Below, one piece after another: positions 40,592 through 54,341 of a stretch of DNA of 64,000 nt. Origin of the DNA: Thermoplasmatales archaeon (GTDB taxonomy: Archaea; Thermoplasmatota; E2; DHVEG-1); NCBI GenBank assembly GCA_020350825.1, contig CP070724.1, positions 2,012,848 to 2,076,847 on the forward strand. Direction: 5' to 3'. The notes beneath the pieces are model-generated. The model was not told the origin of the DNA. It worked only from the letters and a program-made list of their open reading frames with translations, and did not search any database. The position numbers and the translations under genes are program-made. Each line of letters starts with the position of its first letter. Position 1 is the stretch's first letter.

Positions 40592-41092
40592 TTGTTTTTA
40601 TGTGCTGTTTTTTCCTTTTTTATATCAAAAAAAATGCATATAGGTGCTGTAAGCAAAAAGAAAATATATAGAATTCCTGACGGTAGAATTGCGTATTCCG
40701 ATTTGAATATTCCAGCAAAAGCATTGTTTTCAAAACGCTATAGAATAGCTGGTAAACCAGATTACATTGTGAAGAGAAATCATCACTATATCCCTATTGA
40801 AGTGAAATCAGGATCATATCCAAATCCACAGAGAAACCATATTTTACAACTTGCAACGTATTGTCAATTGATAGAGGATAATTATAGAGATTTTGTTCCT
40901 TACGGTATAATCATTTACAAAGACTCTGATTTCAAAATACCATTTGATCCAAAACTACGATTTGAGTTAGCATCTGTTATTAACGAGATAAGAGGATCGT
41001 TAAAAAATGATAAAATAGTATTAAATCATAATGATCCAGGGAGATGTAGATTTTGCTCGATGAGGTCGTATTGTACAGAGAAACTGGTTTAA
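40592..41092 (+). CDS. Cas4-like / DUF83 PD-(D/E)xK nuclease, C-terminal part (other reading frame)
   Basis: GKPDYIV...IPIEVKSG (D...E-x-K) and C-terminal CRFCSMRSYC tri-cysteine cluster. Starts with a hydrophobic segment. Confidence 0.5.
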   Translation: MFLCAVFSFFISKKMHIGAVSKKKIYRIPDGRIAYSDLNIPAKALFSKRYRIAGKPDYIVKRNHHYIPIEVKSGSYPNPQRNHILQLATYCQLIEDNYRDFVPYGIIIYKDSDFKIPFDPKLRFELASVINEIRGSLKNDKIVLNHNDPGRCRFCSMRSYCTEKLV

Positions 41093-41141
41093 TGACAATA
41101 GACAGAAAAACCATTTAAAAAAATTTTTAAACAAATTATAT

Positions 41142-41399
41142 ATGCTTACGAACGAACGTTTTTCATGGGGGAATAACTTAATGGAAGTTAAAAATTTAAC
41201 ATTTGAAGACGGAGTGCTTCTATGTAAACACATATATCAATGTGCTATACATAAAACGCTTAATGATGTTCCAGAACAATGGGATATTTTTTGTAAAACA
41301 CATGAAGCTTTAGAGAAATTAGACCAGAAGTTTAGTAACGAGCGGTTGTATGAAGTATTATTTAAGCTCAACATGGAAGACATCTACGCAAAGATGTAG
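41142..41399 (+). CDS. hypothetical protein
   Basis: 85-aa ORF, no motif. Confidence 0.3.
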   Translation: MLTNERFSWGNNLMEVKNLTFEDGVLLCKHIYQCAIHKTLNDVPEQWDIFCKTHEALEKLDQKFSNERLYEVLFKLNMEDIYAKM

Positions 41400-41512
41400 A
41401 ATAGATATTGATTATCAAATCGTTGTACAAAATTAGAAACGTAACTATTTATTGGGCGAAACTTGGTGAATAAAAAGCTTTTAATAAACACTCATCTTCT
41501 CGTTCTCAAATT

Positions 41513-43285
41513 ATGCGTATAGCAGTGTTACTAAGAGACAGATGTAAATCAAAACGATGTGCAGTAGAATGTATAAAATATTGCCCGAGAGTAAGAGCTG
41601 GGGATGAAACTATTATTATGGGGGAAGATAACAAACCTATTATTTCTGAGGAGTTATGTGTTGGTTGTGGCATCTGCATTAATAAATGTCCATATGATGC
41701 AATTAAAATAATTGGTCTTGCTGAAGAATTAAAAACAGACCTTGTTCACCAGTTTGGGAAAAACGGATTTAGATTATATCGGTTACCAATCCCAAAAAAA
41801 GGTATTTGTACAGGTATACTTGGTCAGAATGGAATAGGAAAAACTACAGCCATAAAAATCCTATCTGGACAGTTTATGCCAAATTTAGGCTATTATGAAG
41901 ACGAATCTGATTGGGATGATGTTCTTGAGTATTACTCTGGAACAGAACTTTATGAACATTTTAAAGGTCTGTCAAACAATAAAATAACGTGTGTGTTAAA
42001 ACCCCAATATGTGGATAAACTCCCAAAGAGTATTAAGGGAAAAATTGGAGATATCCTTAGAAAAGCAGATAATTCTGGGAATTTTGATATTGTTGTTGAA
42101 AAGCTGGAAATAGGAAATATTCTTGATAAAGAAATTCAAAAAGGAACTATTTCTGGTGGTGAACTCCAACTTGTTTCTATAGCTGCAGCGTTAATTAAAG
42201 ATGTAGACCTGTATTTTTTTGATGAACCTACTTCATATCTTGATATCTATCAGCGATTAAAAGTTGCTCGAATTATTAGAGAATTATCAAAGGAGAAAAA
42301 GGCCATAGTTGTAGAGCATGATCTTGCAGTACTTGATTTCCAATGTGATAATGTTCACATCATGTACGGTACTGAAGGCGCATATGGTGTAGTGACCTTT
42401 CCCCGTAGTGTACGACATGCAATAAATACCTATCTTTCAGGCTATCTTAAGGAAGAAAACATCAGATTTGGGGAGAAAATAGAGTTTTCTGCTCATCCTC
42501 CTAAGCAACGACAAAAGATGAGTATTCTTGTGTCTTATGATAATCTGGCTAAATCATTCAAAGATTTTAATCTTGACGTTGAAAATGGTATGATTAGACA
42601 AGGGGAACTAGTTGGTGCCGTAGGACCAAATGCAATTGGAAAAACAACATTTGTTAAAATGCTCGCAGGTGTTATAAAACCCACAGAAGGAACAATTGAA
42701 TATAATATTAAAATAAGCTATAAACCTCAATATATCTCTCCCGAATACAAAGGAACCCTGAGAGAATTTTTTGAAAAAAGTTCTCAAAAATTGTTTACCT
42801 CTTCTTTTTTCAAAGCAGAGGTGTATGAGCCGTTGCATCTTAAGTATTTACTTGACAGGCAATTAGAAACATTTTCTGGTGGGGAATTACAACGGGTGGC
42901 AATTGCTTCTTGTCTTGTAAAAGACGCAGACATATTTCTTATTGACGAACCATCTGCATATCTTGATAGTGAACAGCGAATGATTGTATCAAGAATGCTG
43001 CGCAGGGTAATAGAAAAATCTGGTAAATCTGCAATGATCGTAGACCATGACGTCTATTTTATTGACATGGTATGTGACGCATTGATAGTTTTTGACGGTG
43101 AATCTGGAAAGCATGGTAAAGCACAAGGACCGTTTAGTTTACATGAAGGTATGAATCGTTTCTTGAAAGATGTAGATATTACATTTCGCAGAGATGAAGA
43201 CACGCAAAGACCACGGGTAAATAAAACTGATTCATATATGGATAGGAAACAAAAACAAAGTGGTGAATTTTACTACAAAATGTAA
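41513..43285 (+). CDS. abce1: ABCE1 (RNase L inhibitor homolog), ribosome-recycling ATPase
   Basis: N-terminal Fe-S domain CxxCxxxC...CVGCGICINKCP plus two ABC cassettes with Walker A GQNGIGKTT / GPNAIGKTT. Confidence 0.95.
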   Translation: MRIAVLLRDRCKSKRCAVECIKYCPRVRAGDETIIMGEDNKPIISEELCVGCGICINKCPYDAIKIIGLAEELKTDLVHQFGKNGFRLYRLPIPKKGICTGILGQNGIGKTTAIKILSGQFMPNLGYYEDESDWDDVLEYYSGTELYEHFKGLSNNKITCVLKPQYVDKLPKSIKGKIGDILRKADNSGNFDIVVEKLEIGNILDKEIQKGTISGGELQLVSIAAALIKDVDLYFFDEPTSYLDIYQRLKVARIIRELSKEKKAIVVEHDLAVLDFQCDNVHIMYGTEGAYGVVTFPRSVRHAINTYLSGYLKEENIRFGEKIEFSAHPPKQRQKMSILVSYDNLAKSFKDFNLDVENGMIRQGELVGAVGPNAIGKTTFVKMLAGVIKPTEGTIEYNIKISYKPQYISPEYKGTLREFFEKSSQKLFTSSFFKAEVYEPLHLKYLLDRQLETFSGGELQRVAIASCLVKDADIFLIDEPSAYLDSEQRMIVSRMLRRVIEKSGKSAMIVDHDVYFIDMVCDALIVFDGESGKHGKAQGPFSLHEGMNRFLKDVDITFRRDEDTQRPRVNKTDSYMDRKQKQSGEFYYKM

Positions 43286-43333
43286 ATGATTTTTTTAAAA
43301 AACTAGATAAAATGACCAAGTGTTTTAGTTGTT

Positions 43334-44035
43334 ATGATTGAATGGTTTCTCTTAGTGTTTATGTCTTTTCTACCGCCAATTATATACACAGTATGGATTA
43401 GAAACACAGAAAAATACAATCGTGAAAAATGGAAAACCATTTTGTTATGTTTTTTATGGGGAGCTAGTATTGCCATTATTGCTGCGTTATTTATAGAAAT
43501 ATTATTAGAAATTTCACTTGATGCTTCAATTCAGGATTACGATACTCTTTCTCTTCTATCTTTAGTTCTTGTTGCTCCGGTTGCTGAAGAATTTTCAAAA
43601 CCTCTAGTATTGGGATTAAAATCCGTTAAAAAAGAGATTGATGAGCTTGAAGATGGGCTTATATATGGTGCAGTAGCTGGTCTTGGTTTTTCAGCGACAG
43701 AGAATCTATTTTACGGGTGGAGTTTTCTCTCAAAGGGGTTATTTATTTTCTTAATTCTGATCAGTTTAAGAAGTTTTGGAGGCTGTTTACTCCATGCTTC
43801 AGCAACGGCATTGACCGGATATGGTTATGGAAAAACTATTATGAAACATACAACAGTTCTGCGTGTCATTCCATATTTTATCTTAGCAATTTTTGTTCAT
43901 TCAGCCTATAATTTCCTTGTCTCATATGATATGATAGGTGCTTTAACCGGCCTTTTTGCAGCGTTGATTTTTGTTATATTTGCAATAACTTTTGTAAGAA
44001 AAAAAATTAAAATTCTAGATAAACAAAGTAATTAA
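43334..44035 (+). CDS. PrsW-family intramembrane protease
   Basis: Multi-TM protein with EEFSK, FSATENLFY and HASATALTGYGYG motifs. Confidence 0.6.
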   Translation: MIEWFLLVFMSFLPPIIYTVWIRNTEKYNREKWKTILLCFLWGASIAIIAALFIEILLEISLDASIQDYDTLSLLSLVLVAPVAEEFSKPLVLGLKSVKKEIDELEDGLIYGAVAGLGFSATENLFYGWSFLSKGLFIFLILISLRSFGGCLLHASATALTGYGYGKTIMKHTTVLRVIPYFILAIFVHSAYNFLVSYDMIGALTGLFAALIFVIFAITFVRKKIKILDKQSN

Positions 44036-44050
44036 AATTTTTAATATTTT

Positions 44051-46474
44051 TTAAATTCCACCGCCAGGTTTGATGTTTATAAAGATTAAGAATACAAAAC
44101 CGTTTAATTCTTTCGTATCCGTTGATCCATCTGGAATCCAGGTATCAACGTTTACTACTGTAGGTCCAAATCCAATTATGAAATTTGAATTTATAGTCTC
44201 TATTTCATCTGCGGCAATAGTTAGATCAGAACCTTCTGACACTTGACCAATAAACGCTCCGCCATCTAATGTAATTCTCCAATTCACTCCCGTTGCTTCA
44301 ACTGCACCGTTGTTTTCAATATCCACAGCTATTTTGAATAGTCCACCTTTGATGGTACCAATATTAAGCGATGGTCCTTCAACTATGTTGATTGTGTGGT
44401 TGGTAGACCAATCACTTTCGCCAAATTCATCCCTTGCTTTTACTTTTATTTCATAGTTACCTTCTACAATCCAAGCATGGTATCCTTCTACAGAAGTTCC
44501 GGAAGCTACTGGCCCTATCCAATCACTATAGGTTCCATCTCCCCAGTCAAACATGTATGAGATTGGGTCTTCCTCAGGATCTGTTGTGACAGCTGTGAAG
44601 GTGTATTCTACCTGAGTTATACCATCAGCTGGTCCAGAAGGTGCATCAGGGATCCCAGGATTTTTATTGGCATTTGTAGCGGCCAAATTTTGTATTGCAT
44701 CTATATCTGCCCCTGGGTTTATTTCGTAGGCATCCCCATCACCATCGTCAACTATCTTAACATATCTTGCAAAATCCACTGAAAGTCCATCCATATCAAA
44801 CTCTGTTGTTCCCATACCTGATCCTACTAAAACCCATGGTCCGTTCCAATTAGAAGAAACATACACCTGATATCCATCGTCTGTGCTATCACCTTCAACA
44901 ACTTTTAAATCAGGTTCATTTTCCAGATTAAAAATCTCTGTTCCCTCTCCCATGTCTAGAACTATATCTCCGCCTTTTCCCAAGGAGGCACAGTATTCAT
45001 CTGGAATACCTAGGGCATGGATTCCATCGGTAGGATTATTTTGAAAATTACCAGAGGGTGCATAGTATTTACACCACGTAACCTGATATGCATAATAGCT
45101 ATTTATAGGCTGTAATTCTATATCGAGAATTGTAGGATCAGTATCACTGGTTACTGTAACCGTCTCAATTTCTTCTGCGTAGCCATTTGCCTGGAAATGA
45201 ACAGTATATGTACCTGGAGAAAGCACATGATGGTAATCGCCAATAGCAGGGTCAGTAAACGTGGGCCAATATGCTTCCTCTACCCAAACAGTAGCGGTAA
45301 GCGGTTGACCTGTATTAGCATCCTTAACTAAACCCGTTAATCCTAAATTTGCGGCATCAATAATATCAAGCATTGCCTGACGGTTCTTATTCCATGAATA
45401 AGGGATGTTGCTATTACCGGTTTCAATGGTCCAATCTATATCACCTCGGCAGCCATAGCTGAAATCATTGGTATCACCCCTCGTTTGATACCAGTCATAT
45501 CCACGAATTGCAGTATAGCCACTTAATGCAGCATAGTGGTAAGATAGCTGCTGAATCATTGCATCATCAGGGCTTGGCTGCGCCTTATAATTCCACAAAT
45601 AGTTCACGTAAGCTGCTGTGGTATGGAAAGAAAGAGATAAAACAAAGTTGTTCTCAAGGGCATGCTGTCGAATAACCTGAGTTTCTGGCTGTGAAAACGG
45701 TGATGGACTACTACCAGAACCAGCCCACATATAACCATAATCCCTGTTGAGATCCACACCATTTGCATTGTAGCGAGTAGATGCTTCTCTGCCATCAGGG
45801 TTTACCATTGGTATAATCCAGATTTCCCGGTTATCAACCAGGTCTTCAATAATAGGATCACTCGCATAGTTATCTACAAGATGCCATGCTAAAAGTAAGG
45901 GTAGCTCGACAGACATAAACTCATTACCATGATGACAACCGCAGATACGTACTTCAGGCTCATTTTCCTCAATACTAGGATTGTCCGTTATCTTAAGACC
46001 CCAAATAGTCCGCCCTTGGACACTACTGCCAAGGTCGTATAGCTCTGCGATATTAGAATAGATATTGGCAATATTTTGCAGTTCACTGGTCATTGTAGAG
46101 TAAGAATGGAATTGACGGACAAATTCAGGAGGAAACATCTTTTCATTCATTTCTGCGAGATTTTCAAAAAGAATTTCTGATTTGAATCCAGAATTATGAA
46201 GCCATTCTAGTTCGCTATTAGTTATATAAGCTGTAACCTTTGAATCCTTAACATCAACGATATCAAGGTCACGATCAATCAATTCCTGCAATTGTGAACG
46301 ATGAGTAAATGAAATACTGACAACCTTCGACTCAGGTATTTGATAGATAGGGTATTGCCCGGGATTTGAATCATCCCCTACAATTTGGTTTCCTAATGTT
46401 ATAATCCCCGTAAAAACAGTTGCTATCAAAATAAATGAAAAAGCTATCGTTATAATTCTGGTTTTAATTTTCAT
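44051..46474 (-). CDS. secreted zinc carboxypeptidase (M14 family) with PKD domain
   Basis: Signal/TM start. M14 motifs CGCHHGNEF (HxxE), PMVNPDGR, NRDYGY. PKD motif YMFDWGDGTYSDWIGP. Confidence 0.8.
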   Translation of the reverse strand: MKIKTRIITIAFSFILIATVFTGIITLGNQIVGDDSNPGQYPIYQIPESKVVSISFTHRSQLQELIDRDLDIVDVKDSKVTAYITNSELEWLHNSGFKSEILFENLAEMNEKMFPPEFVRQFHSYSTMTSELQNIANIYSNIAELYDLGSSVQGRTIWGLKITDNPSIEENEPEVRICGCHHGNEFMSVELPLLLAWHLVDNYASDPIIEDLVDNREIWIIPMVNPDGREASTRYNANGVDLNRDYGYMWAGSGSSPSPFSQPETQVIRQHALENNFVLSLSFHTTAAYVNYLWNYKAQPSPDDAMIQQLSYHYAALSGYTAIRGYDWYQTRGDTNDFSYGCRGDIDWTIETGNSNIPYSWNKNRQAMLDIIDAANLGLTGLVKDANTGQPLTATVWVEEAYWPTFTDPAIGDYHHVLSPGTYTVHFQANGYAEEIETVTVTSDTDPTILDIELQPINSYYAYQVTWCKYYAPSGNFQNNPTDGIHALGIPDEYCASLGKGGDIVLDMGEGTEIFNLENEPDLKVVEGDSTDDGYQVYVSSNWNGPWVLVGSGMGTTEFDMDGLSVDFARYVKIVDDGDGDAYEINPGADIDAIQNLAATNANKNPGIPDAPSGPADGITQVEYTFTAVTTDPEEDPISYMFDWGDGTYSDWIGPVASGTSVEGYHAWIVEGNYEIKVKARDEFGESDWSTNHTINIVEGPSLNIGTIKGGLFKIAVDIENNGAVEATGVNWRITLDGGAFIGQVSEGSDLTIAADEIETINSNFIIGFGPTVVNVDTWIPDGSTDTKELNGFVFLIFINIKPGGGI

Positions 46475-46661
46475 AATATTTATCCCCCATTGTCTAATTA
46501 TACTATAGTAGTATTTAATATATAAATATTATTAACTCTCATCAATTAAATATATTTTCATGGCTTTTTACAATAAATAACGGATTTTTCTTCTGATTAT
46601 TCATTCTCCAATTGAAATAATCTGTATGGAATTAAAAAAAAAAGAGTAGTTTAGAATTGAT

Positions 46662-47438
46662 TTATATTCCTAATAGTTGTCTTAGTATTGGCAATGCGTT
46701 TGGAAATCTTTCAAGCAGCCAACTTAGGAAATTGAAGTTGAAATTGAAAGCTTTGTTTCTTGGCATAGTGACCTCGAAATAAGTCCAGTTGCTCTCTGCA
46801 CCATGTTCATCTTTAGTCATTGCATTGATGATAAATGTATCTCTAATTGTATACATGTGAGTCAATACAACTTCTTCTCCAGATGGATACGGGCCATGCC
46901 ATTCCGCACCACCACATTCACCACCCCAATCAATGTAATATGTGATGTCATCTCCATCAGGGTCTATAGCAATAATGGTCCATTCATATTCAACTCCAAC
47001 ACTTCCACATGTTGGACCATCTATATCTGGTGCATTTGGTGGTTTATTAGGTGCCAAGACGAAGTCATAGGTGGTGTTATCAACTATGCTAAGTAAAACT
47101 AACTCGGTTTTGTATCCAATCTTGGAAGCAGTACAGTTCTTCAAACAATAGCAAATTGGGATGTTATTTACATTATAATATCCAGAAGAATCAGTATAAT
47201 TCTCTTCGTATGTCTCATGGAAGTACACCCGTACCCTTGCTCCCTCTATCGGGTTCATTGAAGTATCATTGACATAGCCTGATAAGTTGCCGTCATAATT
47301 CGTTGACATAGTAGGTTTTTTTTCAACAATATTTCCAGTTGATGGAATAACGCTCACACTAATGAATAAGAGAATAATTGTAATTACTAAGACTTTTTTA
47401 ATTGATAAGTATCTCATATTTTTCCTCCACTTATACAT
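46662..47438 (-). CDS. secreted protein with CarbopepD_reg-like and PKD domains and an RFP-containing C-terminal tail
   Basis: Signal anchor. ARVRVY...SSGYY. PKD motif IDPDGDDITYYIDWGGECGG. Tail ...FEVTMPRNKAFNFNFNFLSWLLERFPNALPILRQLLGI. Confidence 0.55.
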   Translation of the reverse strand: MYKWRKNMRYLSIKKVLVITIILLFISVSVIPSTGNIVEKKPTMSTNYDGNLSGYVNDTSMNPIEGARVRVYFHETYEENYTDSSGYYNVNNIPICYCLKNCTASKIGYKTELVLLSIVDNTTYDFVLAPNKPPNAPDIDGPTCGSVGVEYEWTIIAIDPDGDDITYYIDWGGECGGAEWHGPYPSGEEVVLTHMYTIRDTFIINAMTKDEHGAESNWTYFEVTMPRNKAFNFNFNFLSWLLERFPNALPILRQLLGI

Positions 47439-47620
47439 AATAATAGGTAATATAAAAAATATTTTTTTAAGATTTTGTACAAAGTGGTAAAAATTTCAAT
47501 ATTCATGTGGTTATGTTCAAAATATCTGTTTTTCTGAAAAAATAAAAGAAAATTCGTTAAAGAATTTATTTGTACTGTTTTTAACTAATTAAGCACATCT
47601 AACGAATTGGTTGTTTATTA

Positions 47621-47824
47621 TTAACTTCCTCTTTGTTGATATCTCTTAATGAAATTCTCTACACTTCGATTATACGTCTTTTCTATATCATCTGGGAAAA
47701 AACATGCTGGAACTTCGCCCCGACTCCAGTGATACTTTAGACATTCACAGCACATACCTTTTTTATCACATGAATAAGTACAGTTGCAAACCATTTTGTT
47801 CTTTTCTACATTGCATTCTACCAT
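47621..47824 (-). CDS. small cysteine-rich protein, co-transcribed downstream of ligA
   Basis: 67 aa with 8 Cys ([21 protein letters not shown]...C). 9-nt gap after ligA. Confidence 0.45.
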   Translation of the reverse strand: MVECNVEKNKMVCNCTYSCDKKGMCCECLKYHWSRGEVPACFFPDDIEKTYNRSVENFIKRYQQRGS

Positions 47825-47833
47825 ACTACACCT

Positions 47834-51540
<3,707 letters not shown>

Positions 51541-51553
51541 GATGCCTCTCTCT

Positions 51554-52216
51554 CTATTTTTCCAAATAAATGATTATCTCTACTTCGCTACCATCTTTTA
51601 GATGCAGTTTTTCTCGCAAATAATGCGGAGAAATAAACTCAAGGATGTTCGAGTAATGACTTCGCTTTGGCAGAACAATTGCTCCCTTGCGGTTATTTAT
51701 CGTTGCACTGAGACATAGTACGCTACCAAAAGTACGGTTTTTGGTTTTGAATTCATCGATAACAATTCCACCATAGTTTTTTAAAAGTCTTAGCTTATTT
51801 CTTTCAACAAATTCGATCTCAACATTCAATGTTCCAGGATAAGGAACAAAACCAAGTTTCTTTTTAAATTGATCAACATAGCCTCTCTGTTCAGTATAGT
51901 ATTTTCCTTCACCCATTCCTGAGACAACTTTTCCTTTAAAGACAACTTTGTTTGATAAATCAAAAATCTGATTATATTGAGAGTGTTCTTCTTTTAAAGC
52001 TTCTGTCCCCAAACTCGTTATTTGTATGAGTTGTTTTTTAATCCCTAACTCGCGGGTAATCATTTGTACGTTATCCAGCTCCAGAAGATATCTAGAAGCA
52101 GTTTGCTGACTTGTCTCCAATTGTTTTGCCAATTCATGAGACGAAATTTCTATTCTATTTCTAATTGCACCAAGCAGTGCAAGCTCTTTTAGAGTTTGTA
52201 AGAGATACGGTTTCAT
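51554..52216 (-). CDS. winged-HTH fused to CTP-dependent archaeal riboflavin kinase (RbkR-like)
   Basis: N-terminal HTH (ISSHELAKQLETSQQTASRYL) and C-terminal archaeal RibK with the PYPGTLN motif. Confidence 0.65.
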   Translation of the reverse strand: MKPYLLQTLKELALLGAIRNRIEISSHELAKQLETSQQTASRYLLELDNVQMITRELGIKKQLIQITSLGTEALKEEHSQYNQIFDLSNKVVFKGKVVSGMGEGKYYTEQRGYVDQFKKKLGFVPYPGTLNVEIEFVERNKLRLLKNYGGIVIDEFKTKNRTFGSVLCLSATINNRKGAIVLPKRSHYSNILEFISPHYLREKLHLKDGSEVEIIIYLEK

Positions 52217-52235
52217 ATACTACTTTTCCCCTCCA

Positions 52236-52469
52236 TTATTTTCCAATGCTTTCGACAAGTTTCTCTCCCTTTTTGGTAAAGACATAGTTATTGTCCTGCT
52301 TTTCTATTATCTCGTTTTTAATAAAATCATCTACGACTCTTTGGGCCACTGTCTGAATAATACGATGTTTTTTTGCAATTCTTTGTATATTTGTTTCTCC
52401 TGCTGCAAATTCATCAAAAATAGCTCTCCTGTACTTATTTGAAAGTATAAACCCTTCATTCATAGTCAT
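52236..52469 (-). CDS. small winged-helix DNA-binding protein
   Basis: 77 aa, IQRIAKKHRIIQTVAQRVVDD helix-turn-helix-like segment. Confidence 0.4.
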   Translation of the reverse strand: MTMNEGFILSNKYRRAIFDEFAAGETNIQRIAKKHRIIQTVAQRVVDDFIKNEIIEKQDNNYVFTKKGEKLVESIGK

Positions 52470-52514
52470 ACCAATATCTTAATTTACAGGCATCACATAA
52501 AGCTTTTCACTTTT

Positions 52515-53480
52515 ATGTTCGCGAAAATTCCAATAATACTCAATGCAGAACAACTGCTTGATCATGCTATCAAAAAAACAAAGAAGATACAGATATATGA
52601 TAGAGATGCACGCTTCAAGATAAAAAAGACAACTATAGCACGTATAGATTCATTTGCAACAGTTATTATTTCTACACTAGAAAGATATGTAAAAGAATTC
52701 CCTTCGATTGAGCAACTCCCCTCATTTTACCAGGATATAATTGACATTAAAATAGATACGGACAAACTTAAAAAATCACTCGGTGCAGTTGATTGGGCGA
52801 GAAAAACATGTGCAATGATCTATTCAAAACAGGGAAGAGCATTGAAAAAAACAGGAAATATAGACTTTCTAAAACAAAAACAAAAGGAGATCTATGGTAG
52901 AATCTCTTCTGTTTTGAAACAAATCGATGAATATTTGATGTTTCTTGCAACTGCACAAAATATAATGAAAAATTTTCCTGATATTCAAGATGTTCCTACC
53001 GTTGTGATTGCTGGTTATCCAAACGTAGGCAAATCCTCTCTACTTAGACTCCTATCTTCTGCAAAACCAAAGATAGCTCAATACCCTTTTACAACTAAAC
53101 AGATTCACGTGGGACATATTGAAAGAAAAGAAAAATATATCAAAAAACAGTATCAAATAATTGATACACCTGGATTATTGGACAGATCGTTATCTAAGAG
53201 AAACAATATAGAAAAACAAGCTATCGCGGCGCTTACTCATCTTGCCGATCTTATTGTCTTTATCTCGGATCCTTCAGAGACATGTGGATATTCATTAAAA
53301 GATCAATTGAATATACTGTCCCAGATAAAAGAAATTTTTAGTGATGTGCCTTTCATAGCCGTTGAAAACAAGGTTGATCTTAAAAAAACAAATTCTTCTA
53401 ATTTGAAGATATCTTGTACAATTAAAGAAGGTATTGATGAAGTGGTGAAAGAGATTTTTAAGATATTAGATAAAGTTTAA
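52515..53480 (+). CDS. NOG1-family GTPase (archaeal)
   Basis: G1 GYPNVGKSS, G3 DTPG, G4 NKVD. N-terminal NOG1-like helical domain. Confidence 0.65.
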   Translation: MFAKIPIILNAEQLLDHAIKKTKKIQIYDRDARFKIKKTTIARIDSFATVIISTLERYVKEFPSIEQLPSFYQDIIDIKIDTDKLKKSLGAVDWARKTCAMIYSKQGRALKKTGNIDFLKQKQKEIYGRISSVLKQIDEYLMFLATAQNIMKNFPDIQDVPTVVIAGYPNVGKSSLLRLLSSAKPKIAQYPFTTKQIHVGHIERKEKYIKKQYQIIDTPGLLDRSLSKRNNIEKQAIAALTHLADLIVFISDPSETCGYSLKDQLNILSQIKEIFSDVPFIAVENKVDLKKTNSSNLKISCTIKEGIDEVVKEIFKILDKV

Positions 53481-53547
53481 TTAAACATCACTTTCTGCCT
53501 ATATGAGTACTTATCTATCGGCGAAAAATAAACCAAAAATAACTATT

Positions 53548-53892
53548 TTATCTTCTATTCTTTATTGATTCTATCATTTCTTTTCCAAACGGAGTTATCC
53601 CATATAAACGAATATTTTTACCTCCGCTCTTCTCTTCAACCACATTGAGACTAATAAGCGATTCATCCTCCTTATATCTAAAGTTCATTCCTCTTAAAGC
53701 ACCTATTACATTAGAAGATGTGGCTCCAACATTATATGCTATTTCAGAAGTATAGCTATAACTAGGACTGATATCAAAAAGATATTCAGCTACTTTTTTT
53801 CTAATATTGCTTCTCCTTAGAGCTCTTACTACGAGAGGTCTTTTGATATCGAGAGAATAATCTAAATTGTCGTCTTCTGGCATCCCATCCAC
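53548..53892 (-). CDS. winged-helix transcriptional regulator (archaeal)
   Basis: 114 aa with a wHTH pattern. Confidence 0.4.
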   Translation of the reverse strand: MDGMPEDDNLDYSLDIKRPLVVRALRRSNIRKKVAEYLFDISPSYSYTSEIAYNVGATSSNVIGALRGMNFRYKEDESLISLNVVEEKSGGKNIRLYGITPFGKEMIESIKNRR

Positions 53893-54111
53893 TTACCTTA
53901 AAAACGAATACAGCATCCTTTTAATAAAGTATTCTCTAACGGATATTTATCTACACATACGTGTGTACAATTACGTGTATAGATACTTGCATAATCGATA
54001 ATACGAATAACCATCTGCGCGTTTACGTACAGATTCAGTTACATATATTTCTACTAATGTTAATCTTTGTATACATAAAAACTAGAAAAAAGTATTAAAA
54101 CGCTGGAAAAT

Positions 54112-54183
54112 GCGGGCGCCGGGATTTGAACCCGAGTTATAAGCTTGGCAAGCTTAAGTGATACCAGGCTACACCACACCCGC
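54112..54183 (-). tRNA. tRNA-Gly (anticodon GCC)
   Basis: The reverse complement folds as a cloverleaf: acceptor GCGGGTG/CGCCCGC, D-arm TAGCCTGGTA, anticodon stem TAAGC/GCTTA with loop TTGCCAA, T-arm CGGG-TTCAAAT-CCCG. The GC-rich 72-nt island stands out from AT-rich flanks. No encoded CCA. Confidence 0.85.
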
Positions 54184-54341
54184 ATCGTAAAATTAAAAAC
54201 CAAGAAGCAATAATCCCTTAAAAAGTATTACGATTAGTATGTATCTCTAATCTTTATTTGTTATCATTTATTTTTAACAATTTTATAAAAATTATCTAGA
54301 AAAATATTTAAATGATATATATGTTATAATAAGTATATAAT

